Of a DNA stretch of 64,000 bases, positions 37,457-51,354 are shown piece after piece (position 1 is the first letter of the stretch; every line of letters starts with the position of its first letter). Source of the DNA: Eledone cirrhosa (Eukaryota). The position numbers and the translations under genes are program-made. The stretch lies in contig OZ024743.1 in assembly GCA_964016885.1 (NCBI GenBank), positions 259,408,001-259,472,000 of the forward strand, in the 5' to 3' direction. The notes beneath the pieces are model-generated. The model was not told the DNA's origin. It did no database searches and worked only from the letters and a program-made list of their open reading frames with translations.

Positions 37457-40400
37457 GTTGTAACGACTCTGCGAATTCGCCTCCTCCAACGTTAATACAG
37501 CACTTTAAACGATTTTATTTCCAATGTCTACAGTTCAAATATCATTGAAACCATCATATATGTTATTAAATGTTCAATCAACAGATTATGTAGAGCACAG
37601 AACCATATATTCTAACATCATTTCTTCGCGAGAACTAATTCATTTTTCATGCTTCAAATTCTATGAAAATGCACCTATTCTTGTTTTTGTTTAGTCACAG
37701 TTCAGCTCTGATCTGACAGATTTATGACTAAAAAGGTTCCGACCGTAAACATACAGCTGGTTGTTTTTTTTTTTCAGATACATCATACCTAGGTCTTCAT
37801 TATTAAATATGTCTTTCAGTTATAAAGAGATTGTGGGAGATATAACTGCTGTTTCAGTCTGCTTGATCGACCACGTATCAATAACAAACTGGTGTATATT
37901 CAAACGACTCTACCATCTCTTAAAAATATTTAATCTAAACCGAAAACAAATCCTTATCCGTTTTACATTATCGAATTTGTTGGTTTGAGTCATTTACTAA
38001 GCATATTCGGGGATCTCTTCAGAATACATTTCATATATCAGATTCTACTATAAATCATCATCTTCTTTAATATTTGGCCATATACAAAACAAGCACACAT
38101 TCAGTTAATGGAAGCTGGTTAGACAAAACTTTAAATCAATTGTCTGTACAGTAGTTTGCTATGGAATTAATCAACTTTTAGATGTTTGTCAGATAAGGTT
38201 AGCAAATAGTAATAGTTACATTGAGTAAAAATAGAGACTTAAGATATAAATAGAGACACAGTCATTTCCTTAAATGCTAGCTAAACTTTATTCGCCATTT
38301 CTGGATTCATTACACGTGCTGTGTGTACAGAGATCACGAGTTGAATATTTAACTGGTTTATCTATCGATCACATCGATTGATTGATGTATTCACATCCAA
38401 CAAATATGTGGGCGTTCTAAGTCTTATCAAGTGAGTACTTGTATGTGTTTACATGTGAAATGACTAATTGCTTCATATTTATGCCAATGTATTAGTTGCT
38501 TGCTCATAATACTTTATTTTGTTCGTTAGCAGCCTACTTCTAGTCAATAAATCTCTTTTCGAACATCCTATGAATCATTGCATATACACAGAGGAATTCC
38601 AGTCCTAAAGACATGTTTGTATTAGCTATTAACATAATATATTTAAAAGTGTGTGTCAGACGAGCAGGAATGCTAAAAGGTTTAGATAAACATCTTCCAT
38701 GTTATAATCTCGAACCTATGATTCTTTCTCCAAATACCGCTACGTTTGACTGCAATAAAGAATCGATAGAGTAAATAACAAACATGTAATGGGCTGGTTT
38801 AATTTGACTTTACTTTACGACTATGTTTTGTTCGATAATAAGGAATCAATAAAATAAATCTAAAAAAAGAATTTAATGAATGGTCAAAGAACTCACAAAT
38901 TTCCTCCGCCATCTTTGCACTCAGCAATATTACGAATATTTCAATGACAATAAAACTTTTAAAGCTTGAAATTATAAGAGAAAACATTGATAATTTGATT
39001 GAATCTTTCTATCCAATGGACGGCATATTTGGCAGAGTCGTTTGAACATCATATAGAATGCATTGGGGTATTTGTTCCAACCTAGGTCAACTTTGCTTTT
39101 CATCCTTTTAAGGACAATAAATAAAGTAGCAGTCAAATATTAGGATCGATTCTTCAACTATTTCTCCCAACTTAATCTTTCTCTCTCCTCCACACTTTTC
39201 GAAGGAAATCGGCAGTGTGCAAACCTAGAGAGAGATGGGCTCCACCAGGTGTAAATGCTGTATGTGACCACAGTCACACCACGATTCCATCATAAGTTTA
39301 TTACAAATAGAGAGACTATTTCTACCCTAATTCAGTGAATGTGATAGCCTTTTAAGCCCAGTAACAAATATAAAGTTTAGCTTTTAGAAGAAACAGCAGA
39401 TATAAACAAAACACATATATAACATCTCAGTAGGGCGGTATTTAAATATTAAAGTACATTGCTACGCTAAAAATATAGCATTATACGAGTTCGCACGCAC
39501 ACACTATTACATGGGCATAAAGCAGTAGACATTTACAAACATTAATATTCCCATGGATCCTTCACGGTTCTTGGTGACTTAGGAGCGCTGTTGTTATTTT
39601 TGGCTCCTAAAACATGGCGGAGCCTATCGCTCTCCAAATCTATAGACACACGATTTTCCTCTAAAGGAAGAGAGTAAAAGGAAAGAGGAGGAATCGACCT
39701 TAGTATTTAACTGATAATTTATTTATCAACTTCAAAGTTTGGAAGGCAAAGTTGACCTCGGTGCGATTCGAAATCAGAACACAGTAAGCTGGAACAAATA
39801 CTGCGAAGTTTTCTATCCGCCGTTCTAATACCACTGCCAGTTTAGCGCCTTATATTTGTATCTATCTATTAAAAAAGCAAAATTGAGCATTTTATTATGA
39901 ATTAAATACTAAATTAAGGGATAAATACTGCCTTTTGGATGAAACGTTCTGGATATACGTGTGTGCGTGCATCTGTATCTAATATTAGTCGTTAATGCGC
40001 GTAACATAGTGACTAGAAAGACAGTTAATTTCAGCCTGATCCAGACAACTTAGCTGGCAAAGATAATGTTCCCTGGAATTCTGAGGGTCCGCCTTATCAC
40101 GATCTATGTCACGCTGATTTTTTTCTTTTTTTTTTTGAGAATTGCATTAAGGTACACGTGTCTGTGGAAGGCGTCGTCACCTGGACCTTAATTTCGCAAG
40201 CAGACTGTCCCGTTGTTCGAAGGACTGGGATACAAATCGTGGGTCCAACAACGTCAACAACAACAACAACATCATCATCAGCAACATCAACAGTATTAAC
40301 ATCAAGTGCATATGTGTTCATAAAATTAAGCATTAATCGATGAAAGAGTAAACGCTGTGAATATCGATATATTTTTATATTCGTCTATTGATATCGCTGG

Positions 40401-40499
40401 CAAGTTTTGGAGTCTTCTAATCTATATTTCCACATACAACAAGCAAGCTGTGACGAACAGCTTGAGATGTATTATCCATAGATTCATTGAACATCCACA

Positions 40500-40614
<115 letters not shown>

Positions 40615-41159
40615 AGTGAGAGAGAGACATATCACCGACATATTTATAACTGCTTATAATCGTATTGACAGTTATACGCATATATACAACTATTTAAAAT
40701 AAATACCCACCATGCATGTATGTATGCATGTATGTATATGTGTATGTATGTATGAATGTATTCATGTATATGTATGTATTCATGTATGTACATATATATG
40801 TATGTACGTATATATTTTTTTAGGTGTGTATGTGTTTATGTATGTACGTATATATATATGTATGTATGTACGTATGCACGCATGCATTATATGCATGCAA
40901 GTAAGTATATGTGTATGTATATTCTTCTGGTTTTATTGTTTTATAAATTTCCAATAGCAGGAGAGATGGTTTCTAACATAGAACAAAATTCTTTCATTGA
41001 AATTTAGACATCAACTGGGTAAATACATATCTATATCTGTATCTGTTTGTGTGTGTGTGCAGGTAAGGATGCTATTGCATCTGTGTATCGATATGTTTTG
41101 AATTATATGTGTAAACGTGCATGTTTTTTGCGTCTATATATCTGTATATGCAGTTTTTC

Positions 41160-41384
41160 TATTTTTCCATTAATAAACTGTACTTGCAACTTCCTAACTA
41201 GCTGTATCACTTTTCTGGTTCTGTGAAGCCCAGCTTCTCAAGATTTGTATTGAAGCAGTTAGCAATATATCCAACAGTACCAATGATTACGTGTACAAAT
41301 ATAAAGGTACAGTCGGGGTTGAGTATTTGCAGATTCCTCATTAATTCAGCATAAATATTCACCTTTTTCCTAATATTTAGCATT
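41160..41384 (-). pseudogene. 3'-end fragment of an R4/RLE-clade non-LTR element next to (ATGT)n
   Basis: RKKVNIYAELMRNLQIL.P....VHVIIGTVG resembles the K..KY.EL...V.IGALG end of restriction-like endonuclease retrotransposons. Confidence 0.6.
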
Positions 41385-43599
41385 ATGTATGTATGTATGT
41401 ATGTATGTATGTATGTATGTATGTATGTATGTATGTATGTATGTATGTATGTATGTATGCATGCATTCATGTATGTATGTATGCATGCATTCATGTATGT
41501 ATGTATGTATGTATGCATGCATGCATATATGTATGTATATATGTTTGCATGCATATATGTATGTATATATGTGTGCACTAACGAAACAAAGCACAGACCG
41601 GTTCTCTAAGAAGCAGATAATAATTCTCTGAATTCATTCATTTATATTGACCGTTGCAAGGAGTCAGTATGTCGTGAAGTCGCATATGTAAGATAAAGAT
41701 GCTTGGCTTAAATCATAAAATATATTTACTACTGCTCTCTCCTTAGGGAAAATATTTTGATAATTTAATCCTGAAGTTTCCATACTTCAGTGAACAAATA
41801 TTAGATAGTCAGGTGCCAACAATTTGTAGAATGGAAATATAAACACACCCCATTATCTCCATTGCAATAATCATTACCTTCTGCTGCAACACCATTCATT
41901 TCCAAGGAGGCTACCATTATCTTTCTCCCACAATCTTCACCTGTTTTATCGGTTGTTACCATGATTAAGCAGATATCGATATTTTCTACTTAGGATTAAA
42001 TAGAGCTATCTAGTTATGATTAACTAATGAATCCAGGAGCCTATATAGTCACGAGCAGATGCTGAAACAGAAATCCTCTCATTCATTCCCCCTTTGATGT
42101 AGTGGAACATCTTCGATGTGACAAATGGGGTGACGAGTCTGCTAATTTCTTAATCGACCCCAATGTGACAAAAGGCAATGTCGAGCACCACGCGATTTGA
42201 ACTCGGAACTTTAGCATTTAATATTCATAACTACTACATTAATATAGACACTTCTATTGCACCCATGTGTATGTGTATGTATTTATGTTGTTTGGGAATG
42301 TGGATGTCAGCCTACATAAGTGTTTTAACCTTTAATCTAATGCATTTATAATATTCCTTTAGTGTCTGTATAGTTCACAGATAGTGTAAATATGCCTTAG
42401 GTCTAATTCTTTTCTCTTATCTCTGTTATATTATGGCGTTCCTGTTATTATTAGTTGGATCTGCACAACTTTCTTCGTTATATTTAACCTTATTTCTTCA
42501 TTTCGTTTTTGTCTTATTTTCATTGCATAAATTCTCTGCAATAAATAGCATAACCCTGTGTAACTTGGGCATCTGCAGTCTTTTACTCTTACTTAGAAGT
42601 ATCTATTGCATTGAATGTAAACAATATATGGGTCCACTGCCTTATAGTGATTCATTATGTATGTTGCGCTTATTTGTATGTGTTGAAGCTTTACTTATGC
42701 ATTTGTCTTCATCGCATTAAATAATTCCCATATTTATAGTGATTATTTCATTTTTATTTCAATTTCCACATCTTGATTACCTGTCATGCAAAGCTAAATG
42801 TCATGCAGAGGACAGAATCTCTTGGTAGGAGAGGATGCACTGAGGGACGTTTGTCAACTTGTTGGCTGTTACCTAACTGAAATAATCAAATCGATTAATA
42901 TCTAAGTGTTTGAGATTTACACCAATAAACCATAAGAATAATGATGATGACTTCTGTATTGGCTACTAAGTCCAGAACATAAAGGATAATACAAAAGATC
43001 AGGGATAGTGGGGATTTACATAAAAATATGTAAAGAAAGGAAAACATGCAACAATTCATACAATTCATAACAACAAAATTCCCCAAAGGGGGAACATCAC
43101 CCGAGGTAGTTTAGGTACCACACAGATCCGAAGGCACCCAAATCGTAATTTGTTTGGTGTTTTCTGTTTTGATATTTGGGGGGGGGGGGGGGGGGGGCTC
43201 ATCTTCACTTCGATCGTCTATCCAGGTTGTGCTGAGATCTCTTTACGCTGTAGAGCAATTTTATTATATTATTTTACTTGTTTGTTGCCAGAGCCTCTTA
43301 GCCTTGATTGGCAGTACGCCCAGAAGGATCACTCTAGGTAGATAGCACTCTTTAGCCATTTAGGGGACAACATTTCAATGGTTTCATGGTCAGAAGAGGC
43401 TCTTTCATCTTGTTAACCATTCTAGAGCTGGTGTCTTGATCAAAACACCGGTTACTGCGCTAACTTAATCAGTGACATGTTAGAACAAGATTTAAATAAT
43501 AACGACATTAATAGCTCTGAATCTATCAGTGGACGTACTTCGGTGGGTGCTCCACAATGAAGCAAGCTGAACAAGGCATCAATCGGCCACTGCTTACCA

Positions 43600-46500
43600 A
43601 AGACAGAGGACAAGGAACGGGTATAATGGGAGAAAGAAGCAAACAAAATAGTGATTGAATTGTATATCAAAAGTTAACCTAGCAGGAGAGATTGCATGAA
43701 CTGAATGAAAATGCTGTGGAATGAAAGGGGATTATTTCCATTTTGTGCACAGCAGTTAATCTATCAAGTCAGAGCAATTAAGAGAAATGAGTTGTTACCA
43801 ACAGTAGAGGTTCAAGAGATTAGTAGGAAAGTTATATTGGAAGAGAATAATGGTTTCAGAGATGCAGAAGTTAAGGAAGAGAATGTCAATCAATGAGAGG
43901 AAAATGCGCAACAAAGAACATGTCAGCTTAGCTGTTGAAAATGATATTTTGATGGTCGCTAGAGAAAGAAGATTGGATGAAGAGAAATGCAACATTGTGC
44001 AATGGCTAGCTATAAGGATCAGAAAAGAACACGATGACCAGCCTCCGAATTTAAGATACATTGACAGAAACACAGTGAAAGTTATTGATGGAGAGGTCAA
44101 CACAGTGATTGAAATAATTGGGACAGTAAATACCACGCAGCTAAACAGACGGCTACAGACTGCTGCAAATGTAGCAGCAGAATCAGCAGGATATAAGAAG
44201 TCTATTAGGGACCAGACATTGGAAAAATAACAACCACAATGGAGAAAAAGGATCAGGTTGAAACTTAAAAATACAAATGTTGATTTTGGAATAGAAAAAC
44301 AGAATAAAAAGTGGAGGTGTCCAGAACGAAAGGACCATATCAAAACTGAAGTATGAAGTACCGAATAAGCAAAAAAGGATCAGATATAATACGCAAAGAA
44401 AGAACGTCTCGAGGCATCAACTGCTAAATTGAAGAGGTATAATGCACGAATCAAACAATACAGATACCATAGATTACGCAAGGCAACGCAAAGGAAATTG
44501 TTAGATAAAATCTATGGTTATAGCAAGGAAGATTTAAGCCCTTATGAAAGCAAAACAAATTAGAGTGTTATTTGGGATAATCCTCTAGAAGCTTTATAGT
44601 TAAAGGATATAGAAATTCAGACACAAAAATACAGAAACAAGGCAACATCCAAGTGATATTTGAAAAACTTAAGGAAAAGGCTAGTAAGATAGTTAACTTA
44701 AGGAAAAGGCTAGTAAGATACTTAACTGCCTAGCCAGACATAGTGTAAGGATACTGGATAAAAAAACAAGACTTAACTACATGGTAGAATAGCAGATCAG
44801 CTTAATGTCTGATTTTAAGAAGGGAATGTACACATCTGCACGACAAAATGGGGAATGTGTTAAGGACATGGAAAAATTAGCGTTGGTCTCAAACTTTGTG
44901 CCTCTTTTGACTGCCATTTTTGGGGAGGAATGGTATAACTACCTGATAGTGCATTCTGTATTACCGCTGGAGTGAAAATGTTTAAGAAAAGTAGTGTGGG
45001 TACAAAGGATCAACTACTCATTGACAAAAGGGCTATAGAGGATTGCAAACGAGTGGAAAAACGTAGACGATGCGTGGACAGATTATAAAAGAGCGTATGA
45101 TATGGTGCCGCACAGCTAGAATTTAAAGGTGATGAACATTTTTGGTATTGACAATATGATCAATTTAGTGAAACAAAGCATGTCTGGTTGGAACACAAAA
45201 TGTCAGCAGATAATATCTTAGGAAATGTAAAAATTAGAAGTGGAACTTTTTAAAGTGATAACATGTCTCCCTTGCTATTTGTGTTGGCAATGATTCCTCT
45301 TTCATTGATGCTGAAGAATGAGAAATCTGCTTGTGAATGGAAGTGAATGGAAGATTTGATCATCTACTTTTCATGGATGGCCTGAACATTTTTGCCAAAA
45401 TGAGAAGCAGTTGGACAGCTTAATTCAAATTGTTGGAATCTCCTCAGAGGATATTAAAATGGAGTTTGAATTGACAAAATATTCTGTTTTGAACATGAAA
45501 GGGAGGAAATGCACGCGAAGCAACGTAATTTAGTTTCCAAATAGAAAGGACATAAAATCAATAGAAAGAGCTTGCAGCTGCAGGTATTTGGAGGTTTTCA
45601 AAGCGGATGAAATGCAGCACACGGAAATGGAGCCAATATTAAGCACAGAGTAGTTGAAAAGGATTTGGAAACTTCTGAAGAGCAAACTAAATTGAAGGAA
45701 CATTATTATAGCAATTAATGTAAGGACTATTTTAGTGATAAGTTATGGAGTTGGTGTTATAAACTGGATCAAAATGGAGCTCCAAGCAATGGATAGGAAA
45801 AAACCAGAAAATTGTTCACCATGCATGGCCCCCATCAGCCAAAAGCCGACGGTGACCAGCTGTACATGAAAAAGAGTGATGGAAGTCGAGAACTTATTTG
45901 TGCCAAGGTCTGTGTAAGCATGAAAAGGAAAAGCGTGATTAATTATAGAGAAAGAAGCAAAGCACGTCTGATCAAAATAGTAAAAATGAACTGGTATTAA
46001 AGAAAGGAAAGAGGGAAAAAGTAAGGAAGATGTGTAAAACATGCATAACGTTTTAAGAAAATCAGAAAGCATTACATGGACAATTTGAACAAGGAACCAA
46101 ATAACTGAGAAGCAAACATAAATGGAAATTGCATAGAAAAAGAAGTGTAAAGATTTTCTCTTGATAATTGAGCAAAAGTACCTTCATCAGAAGGAATCAT
46201 GTCAAAACGTTAAATGAAGTAAGAACAAGCAACAAAAAAAGCTAAACATATGAAGACACTTACTAAAAATCCAGCCTTAAATAATCTTGCCGGCAAATGT
46301 CAAAAGAAAACCACTTCATAGTAAATACTCATAGAGGGATAGAAATGCTGATGTTGACAAAACTCTTACCCATCAGTATTTAGCGTCTTCTGACTTAAAA
46401 ACGAGACAGAAGGGTTTATCATTGCAGCCCACAATCAATGGCTACCTACAAGAAGCTACCAGGCCAACATCTTAAAGAATGGCAGAAGCCCAACATGTCG

Positions 46501-46892
46501 AGTAGGGAAGCAACAGCCTGATACCATCGATCACATTGTCTCCTTCGTGCGCCCTCTGAGTATCTATAGAGGTATAATAGAGCGAGCTGTACAGTATATC
46601 CACTGGGCAATATGCAAGGACATGGAACTGCCCCATCATTAAAACTGGTTGGAACAGAAACAACCCCCAGCTTACTCCTATTGATCTTTTCTGTCTAAAC
46701 AGCAAATATGCCAGTCATTATATTGAAGGATCTCAGACAAAAGCCCAAACTAGAACTATACATATGGTTGTTAGTGCTTTAGAAATAATAGCAAAAAAGG
46801 CTGATTATTAAATCCCAGGAAATCCCCAAATGGAAGAAATTCAGAAAATAGTATGGGTATGCTTATATCCTACGGAATATACTGTCTATGTA
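43600..46892 (+). pseudogene. Decayed R4/Dong-like non-LTR retrotransposon (RT + RLE)
   Basis: Fragmented motifs: GTKDQLLIDK, WTDYKRAYDMVPH, DNMSPLLFVLAMIPLS, HLLFMDGL, MEFEL.K, ETEGFIIAAHNQWLPTR, CRV....DTIDHIVS. Many stops and frameshifts; boundaries approximate. Confidence 0.8.
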
Positions 46893-47473
46893 ACTCCGAA
46901 ACAATCTTTTTCACATAATTAACAAAGGCACTATTAAAAGTATATAATAGCAAATTCTATTTATCGTTATTTTATTTCTCACTAACATTCTAGGTCTCAA
47001 TAATTACTTTTCAATAAGCTTATAATTTTCTTATGTTATGACAAATATTTTCTAGAAAATGCTTCTTTGAAACATGAGGCACGCAATAAAATTACAATCG
47101 TTATCACTGAACTACATTCTTCTCCCCTGAAAACCTAGCAGTTAGCAACCATCCTAGACATAACGTCCGCTTGAACTTATAACTTGCAATCTCTTGAAAT
47201 CTCTGGGGGAGATTTGGTGTCAGCTCGCACAGACACATAGCAAAATCCAAACATCCAGTTAAAGTAAGTTGAAAAACACAACTGTATTTAATTTGTACCC
47301 AATTTGGAATATGCTTGCTCCAGAATGTCCTCACAACTACACCTTTCCTGTATATCTATGATTTGTCCATCTCATAAATGTGTAAAATAATGCATGCGTA
47401 TATTATTGGTTGTAGGAATGACTCTTTAGTGGCAAATAAATAAAAGTAATCATTATTGGGGTTATTCCTGAGG

Positions 47474-47635
47474 GCAGAGGATTAGCAGAATTGGTAGAGC
47501 ATCGGACAACATGCTTTGCAGTATAGAGTTATGGCATTTCACGTTCTGAATTGAAATCCTGTCTAGGTTAGCTTTACCATTCATCCTTAAGAGATCGATA
47601 AAATAAAGTACCAGTAACACATTAGGATCGATTTA
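47474..47635 (+). mobile_element. tRNA-derived SINE (MetaSINE-like core); further decayed copies at ~18715, 20800, 22540, 37000, 39020, 39690, 53150, 53750, 54500, 57180 and 60720
   Basis: tagcagaattggtagagc ... ttcatcctt..gatcgataaaataaagtaccag. Confidence 0.7.
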
Positions 47636-48129
47636 ATTATAGGTTGTTGATGTTATCGTTGTTCTTATGATGGTGGTGGTTGTCGATGTTGGTAGTGTTG
47701 TTTTCCTTGTCGTTGCTGGTGTTTTGTTGTAGTTATCAGTGTTGTTACTGTTCTTGTTATCGTTGTCGTTGTTGTTATTTCCGTTGTCGTCTTCACCGCC
47801 TTTCATACTGTTTCATTATGTCACTATATCATTATTTTCAAAGATGTCGTTATTTATTGACAATCATGTTTTAGAAACAAAGAAATCATTCTTTTGCTGT
47901 TATATGACGCAACTCCTTTAGATTCAGATAATGAAAGAATCAATACAGTGTTTTTATCACTATAGTCAAGTTAAAGAAACGTAAAATGTTAAGATGGAGC
48001 CTATGAAATCAACGGTCGGAACAGGGTTAATAGATGAGAAATTTGTATAACAGTTTCATATTTATCAAAATATATATTCGTCCTAAGTGAATAACGTTTA
48101 TCCCGGTTTCCAATCCCTTACTATTGTTG

Positions 48130-48257
48130 ATACTTATTTTCAACTGAGTGAAATTAAGTATTTTGTTCAAAAAACGCAGAACACAACACGGACTAGGAAT
48201 GGAACCCACGACATTATGATCGTAAGGTCAACACTCTAACCACAAGGCCATGCGCCC
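48130..48257 (-). mobile_element. tRNA-derived SINE head (same family as 25882)
   Basis: Minus strand: ggcgcatggccttgtggttagagtg...gtgggttccattcc...tgaacaaaatac. Confidence 0.6.
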
Positions 48258-48492
48258 TAATTCTCAGTCGTTTAAAGCCACGCCACGGAACTAGGATAAG
48301 CACCAACATAATGGGACTTTAACATTTTTTAGAATAATTTTAGGCCATTAAATGTTGTACTCAATGTATAATTTACAGATATAAATGCGCTTATGAATAT
48401 ACATATAGACATATACATGCTCACGCAAAGAAATGATTGATATGTTTACGTGAATGTGCATGTATGTATGTATGTATGTATGTATGTATGTA

Positions 48493-48547
<55 letters not shown>

Positions 48548-48616
48548 TATGAAGAGAGAAGAAACATTTAGATATAATTAGTAATAAAATGTATCATACC
48601 TAAACTGTTCCTAAAT

Positions 48617-48704
48617 TCCTCGACTACGTAGTTTCGTGGCATAAACAAAAACAATATATCAAAGATATAGAGTCCTTGCGAGGTCTGCCGACTTATCAAG
48701 AGGA
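48617..48704 (-). ncRNA. Variant hammerhead with extended stem II
   Basis: Minus strand: tcctc-TTGATAA-gtcggca...(hairpins)...tgccac-GAAA-ctacgtag-TC-gagga. Palindromic stem III ACTACGTAGT, GUC site. The CUGANGA box has two substitutions. Confidence 0.65.
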
Positions 48705-49221
48705 TACCTCATTTTACTAGTCTCAAGAACGCGTCTACACGACGTGAGAAAGAATCCCAAAAGGCGGAGGGGGAGATAGTCACGCGATATAACGGTCGAG
48801 AATATAACGGTCAGAGCTAAGCCTCCTATAACCACGAAGAAAATACCACGGAGGCGGAGGGGGTATTCATATCGAGGCCGTAGAAGAGGTAGTGAAGAAG
48901 GCGAGAAGTATGAGTAATGGAAGTTTTCCAGTTGTCCCCACACTTCAAAGATTGCTCGACCAGAGGGAGTTATTAATATATTTGGAAACACACAGATACA
49001 TGCGGACACACACATATATATATATACATGAATGCATCCGCACCCAACTGTGAGTTAAGGGTGCCAACTTCACCGATGTTGCTCAATGAATGACTGGGAC
49101 AGACCAATTCAGTTTGAACTAGACTGAACCAGTATCAGAGTTAAAAATACATTATGAAGAGAGAAGAAACATTTAGATATAATTAGTAATAAAATGTATC
49201 ATACCTAAACTGTTCCTAAAT

Positions 49222-49309
49222 TCCTCGACTACGTAGTTTCGTGGCATAAACAAAAACAATATATCAAAGATATAGAGTCCTTGCGAGGTCTGCCGACTTA
49301 TCAAGAGGA
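49222..49309 (-). ncRNA. Second copy of the variant hammerhead
   Basis: Identical to 48617-48704, offset 605. Confidence 0.65.
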
Positions 49310-49508
49310 TACCTCATTTTACTAGTCTCAAGAACGCGTCTACACATTTTAACTCTGATACTGGTTCAGTCTAGTTCAAACTGAATTGGTCTGTCCCAGT
49401 CATTCATTGAGCAACATCGGTGAAGTTGGCACCCTTAACTCACAGTTGGGTGCGGATGCATTCATGTATATATATATATGTGTGTGTCCGCATGTATCTG
49501 TGTGTTTC

Positions 49509-49569
<61 letters not shown>

Positions 49570-49651
49570 ATAATAATAAAATTGAAGACTAAAATCCAAA
49601 GAGGGCTCGATAAGGAAAATATATATCAAATATATAAGAACCGTAGAGCAG

Positions 49652-49789
49652 ATATTTATTAAAATAACAGATTAAAGTTTAAGCAAAGAATCGCTGCTTA
49701 CACCCTTAACGGGATCTTCTGAAGTTTCAGAAGATCCCGTTAAGGGTGTAAGCAGCGATTCTTTGCTTAAACTTTAATCTGTTATTTAA

Positions 49790-49796
<7 letters not shown>
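49652..49796. repeat. Near-perfect ~72-bp-arm palindrome with 2-nt loop
   Basis: ...ttaacgggatcttctgaa-gt-ttcagaagatcccgttaa...; only one 1-nt indel between the arms. Confidence 0.95.
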
Positions 49797-49832
<36 letters not shown>

Positions 49833-50079
49833 ACATAGGCGTATATAGGCCTACAAACATACACACATGCAAATGCATACATATGTGTCGGTGTGGGAAT
49901 GTGTGTATGAGCGCACAGGCGCGTGCACACATGTTTTCCTTTTCAGCTATTGCTTTATTTCGATTTAGTCTTTCATATGTTTACATTCCTGGTGGGGTAT
50001 ATTTCAGTTGAATAAAGAAATATTTGATAAAATTTAGTATACCTATTTGTTATATATATATACATACACCCAGACAAAT

Positions 50080-50475
50080 AGAAGGTGTTGAGCAACGACA
50101 GCCGAGGCATGGGTAGCCACATGTTCCCATACCTATTGATAGCAAGGATCTAAGGTATGTGGACCCCCTTTACTTACTTGAGCAGCAAGATGAACCACTC
50201 TGCAGCACTGGATTATGAGATCATCAATCGCGTCTTCAAAGCAACTGACGCTATAGCAAACTATATTATTGTCTATGGCATGTCAGCTATATCCCTGAAA
50301 ATGCAGTTCATCGTGGTGCTGTGGTATTGACAACACCTGTATACGGCCCAGTGACATGAACACCTTATCACACCCACATATATAAGCTTGATCTCTTCTA
50401 CAAACATTGCATTCGCTCTATCTGTGGTCATGCCCTTTCTGACAATCCCATACATCGATATAACACGGAAGAAAC
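50080..50475 (+). pseudogene. RTE/BovB-like LINE ORF2 fragment
   Basis: FTYLSSKM...LDYEIINRVFKA, VHRGAVVLTTPVYG..T, KLDLFYKHCIRSICG. Confidence 0.65.
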
Positions 50476-50477
50476 CA

Positions 50478-50531
<54 letters not shown>

Positions 50532-50744
50532 ATGTGTATGTGTATATATATCTCAACTCCACCCGCCACAACCCCTACACGTCTCACACCCTTCCACCAC
50601 TTGTTTATTTTTATGTTTATTTTTATGTTTACTTTTATTTTTATTTGTACTGCCTCTCTGTTTTTGTTCCCGTCTAAGTTTTAACTATATATATATATAT
50701 ATATATACATATATAAATATATATTTACCCCCCCCCCCCCCCCC

Positions 50745-50779
<35 letters not shown>

Positions 50780-51354
50780 TCAACACCAATCAGAAATTTC
50801 CATATAATATTTATGACAATCATATCCATTGAAAACATTTTTGAAAATATTTTTTAAAATATTCTTTGAAATTTTCAGCAACGTTAGGCTAGATGATGTG
50901 AGAACTTGCGGTATTGTGTAAAAACCAAGTAACGTATATGTAATTTATCGTATCATCATAATTGTGATTTGATTTTCCTAAATTCAAATTTATCATGAAT
51001 TTAACATGTTTTACCCCGCGGATTTTTTCTTTGCTATAGATGATGTAATATTATATAAAGAGAACCAATTCCAATTTGGTTTTAGAAATCTTTTGTCTCT
51101 TCTTGGCGCACCTTATTTTTAAAAGCATCTTGATGGAATAAATTATCTTTACCTTTTAATTATAATAAAATTATATGCTTCGACATTTCTGATTGATTTT
51201 TCCGTTGAACACTATTGTTACTGTCTTTTCATGTGGCTTTAGATGAAACCACTAAACATTCCTGTTCACCTTTCATCTCATATCTCATGTTGCTTTTCTT
51301 TACCTCTCTCTAATCATCACCATTTCTTTTACTCTTTTCCTATTCCTTCTAACA

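Larger units (their letters stand above)
48544..49514 (-). mobile_element. Non-coding retrozyme-like / PLE-derived element: 605-bp tandem unit with two HHR copies and an inverted terminal segment
   Basis: 48544-48740 repeated directly at 49149-49345; 48978-49146 inverted at 49347-49514; (TA)n on both sides. Confidence 0.8.
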
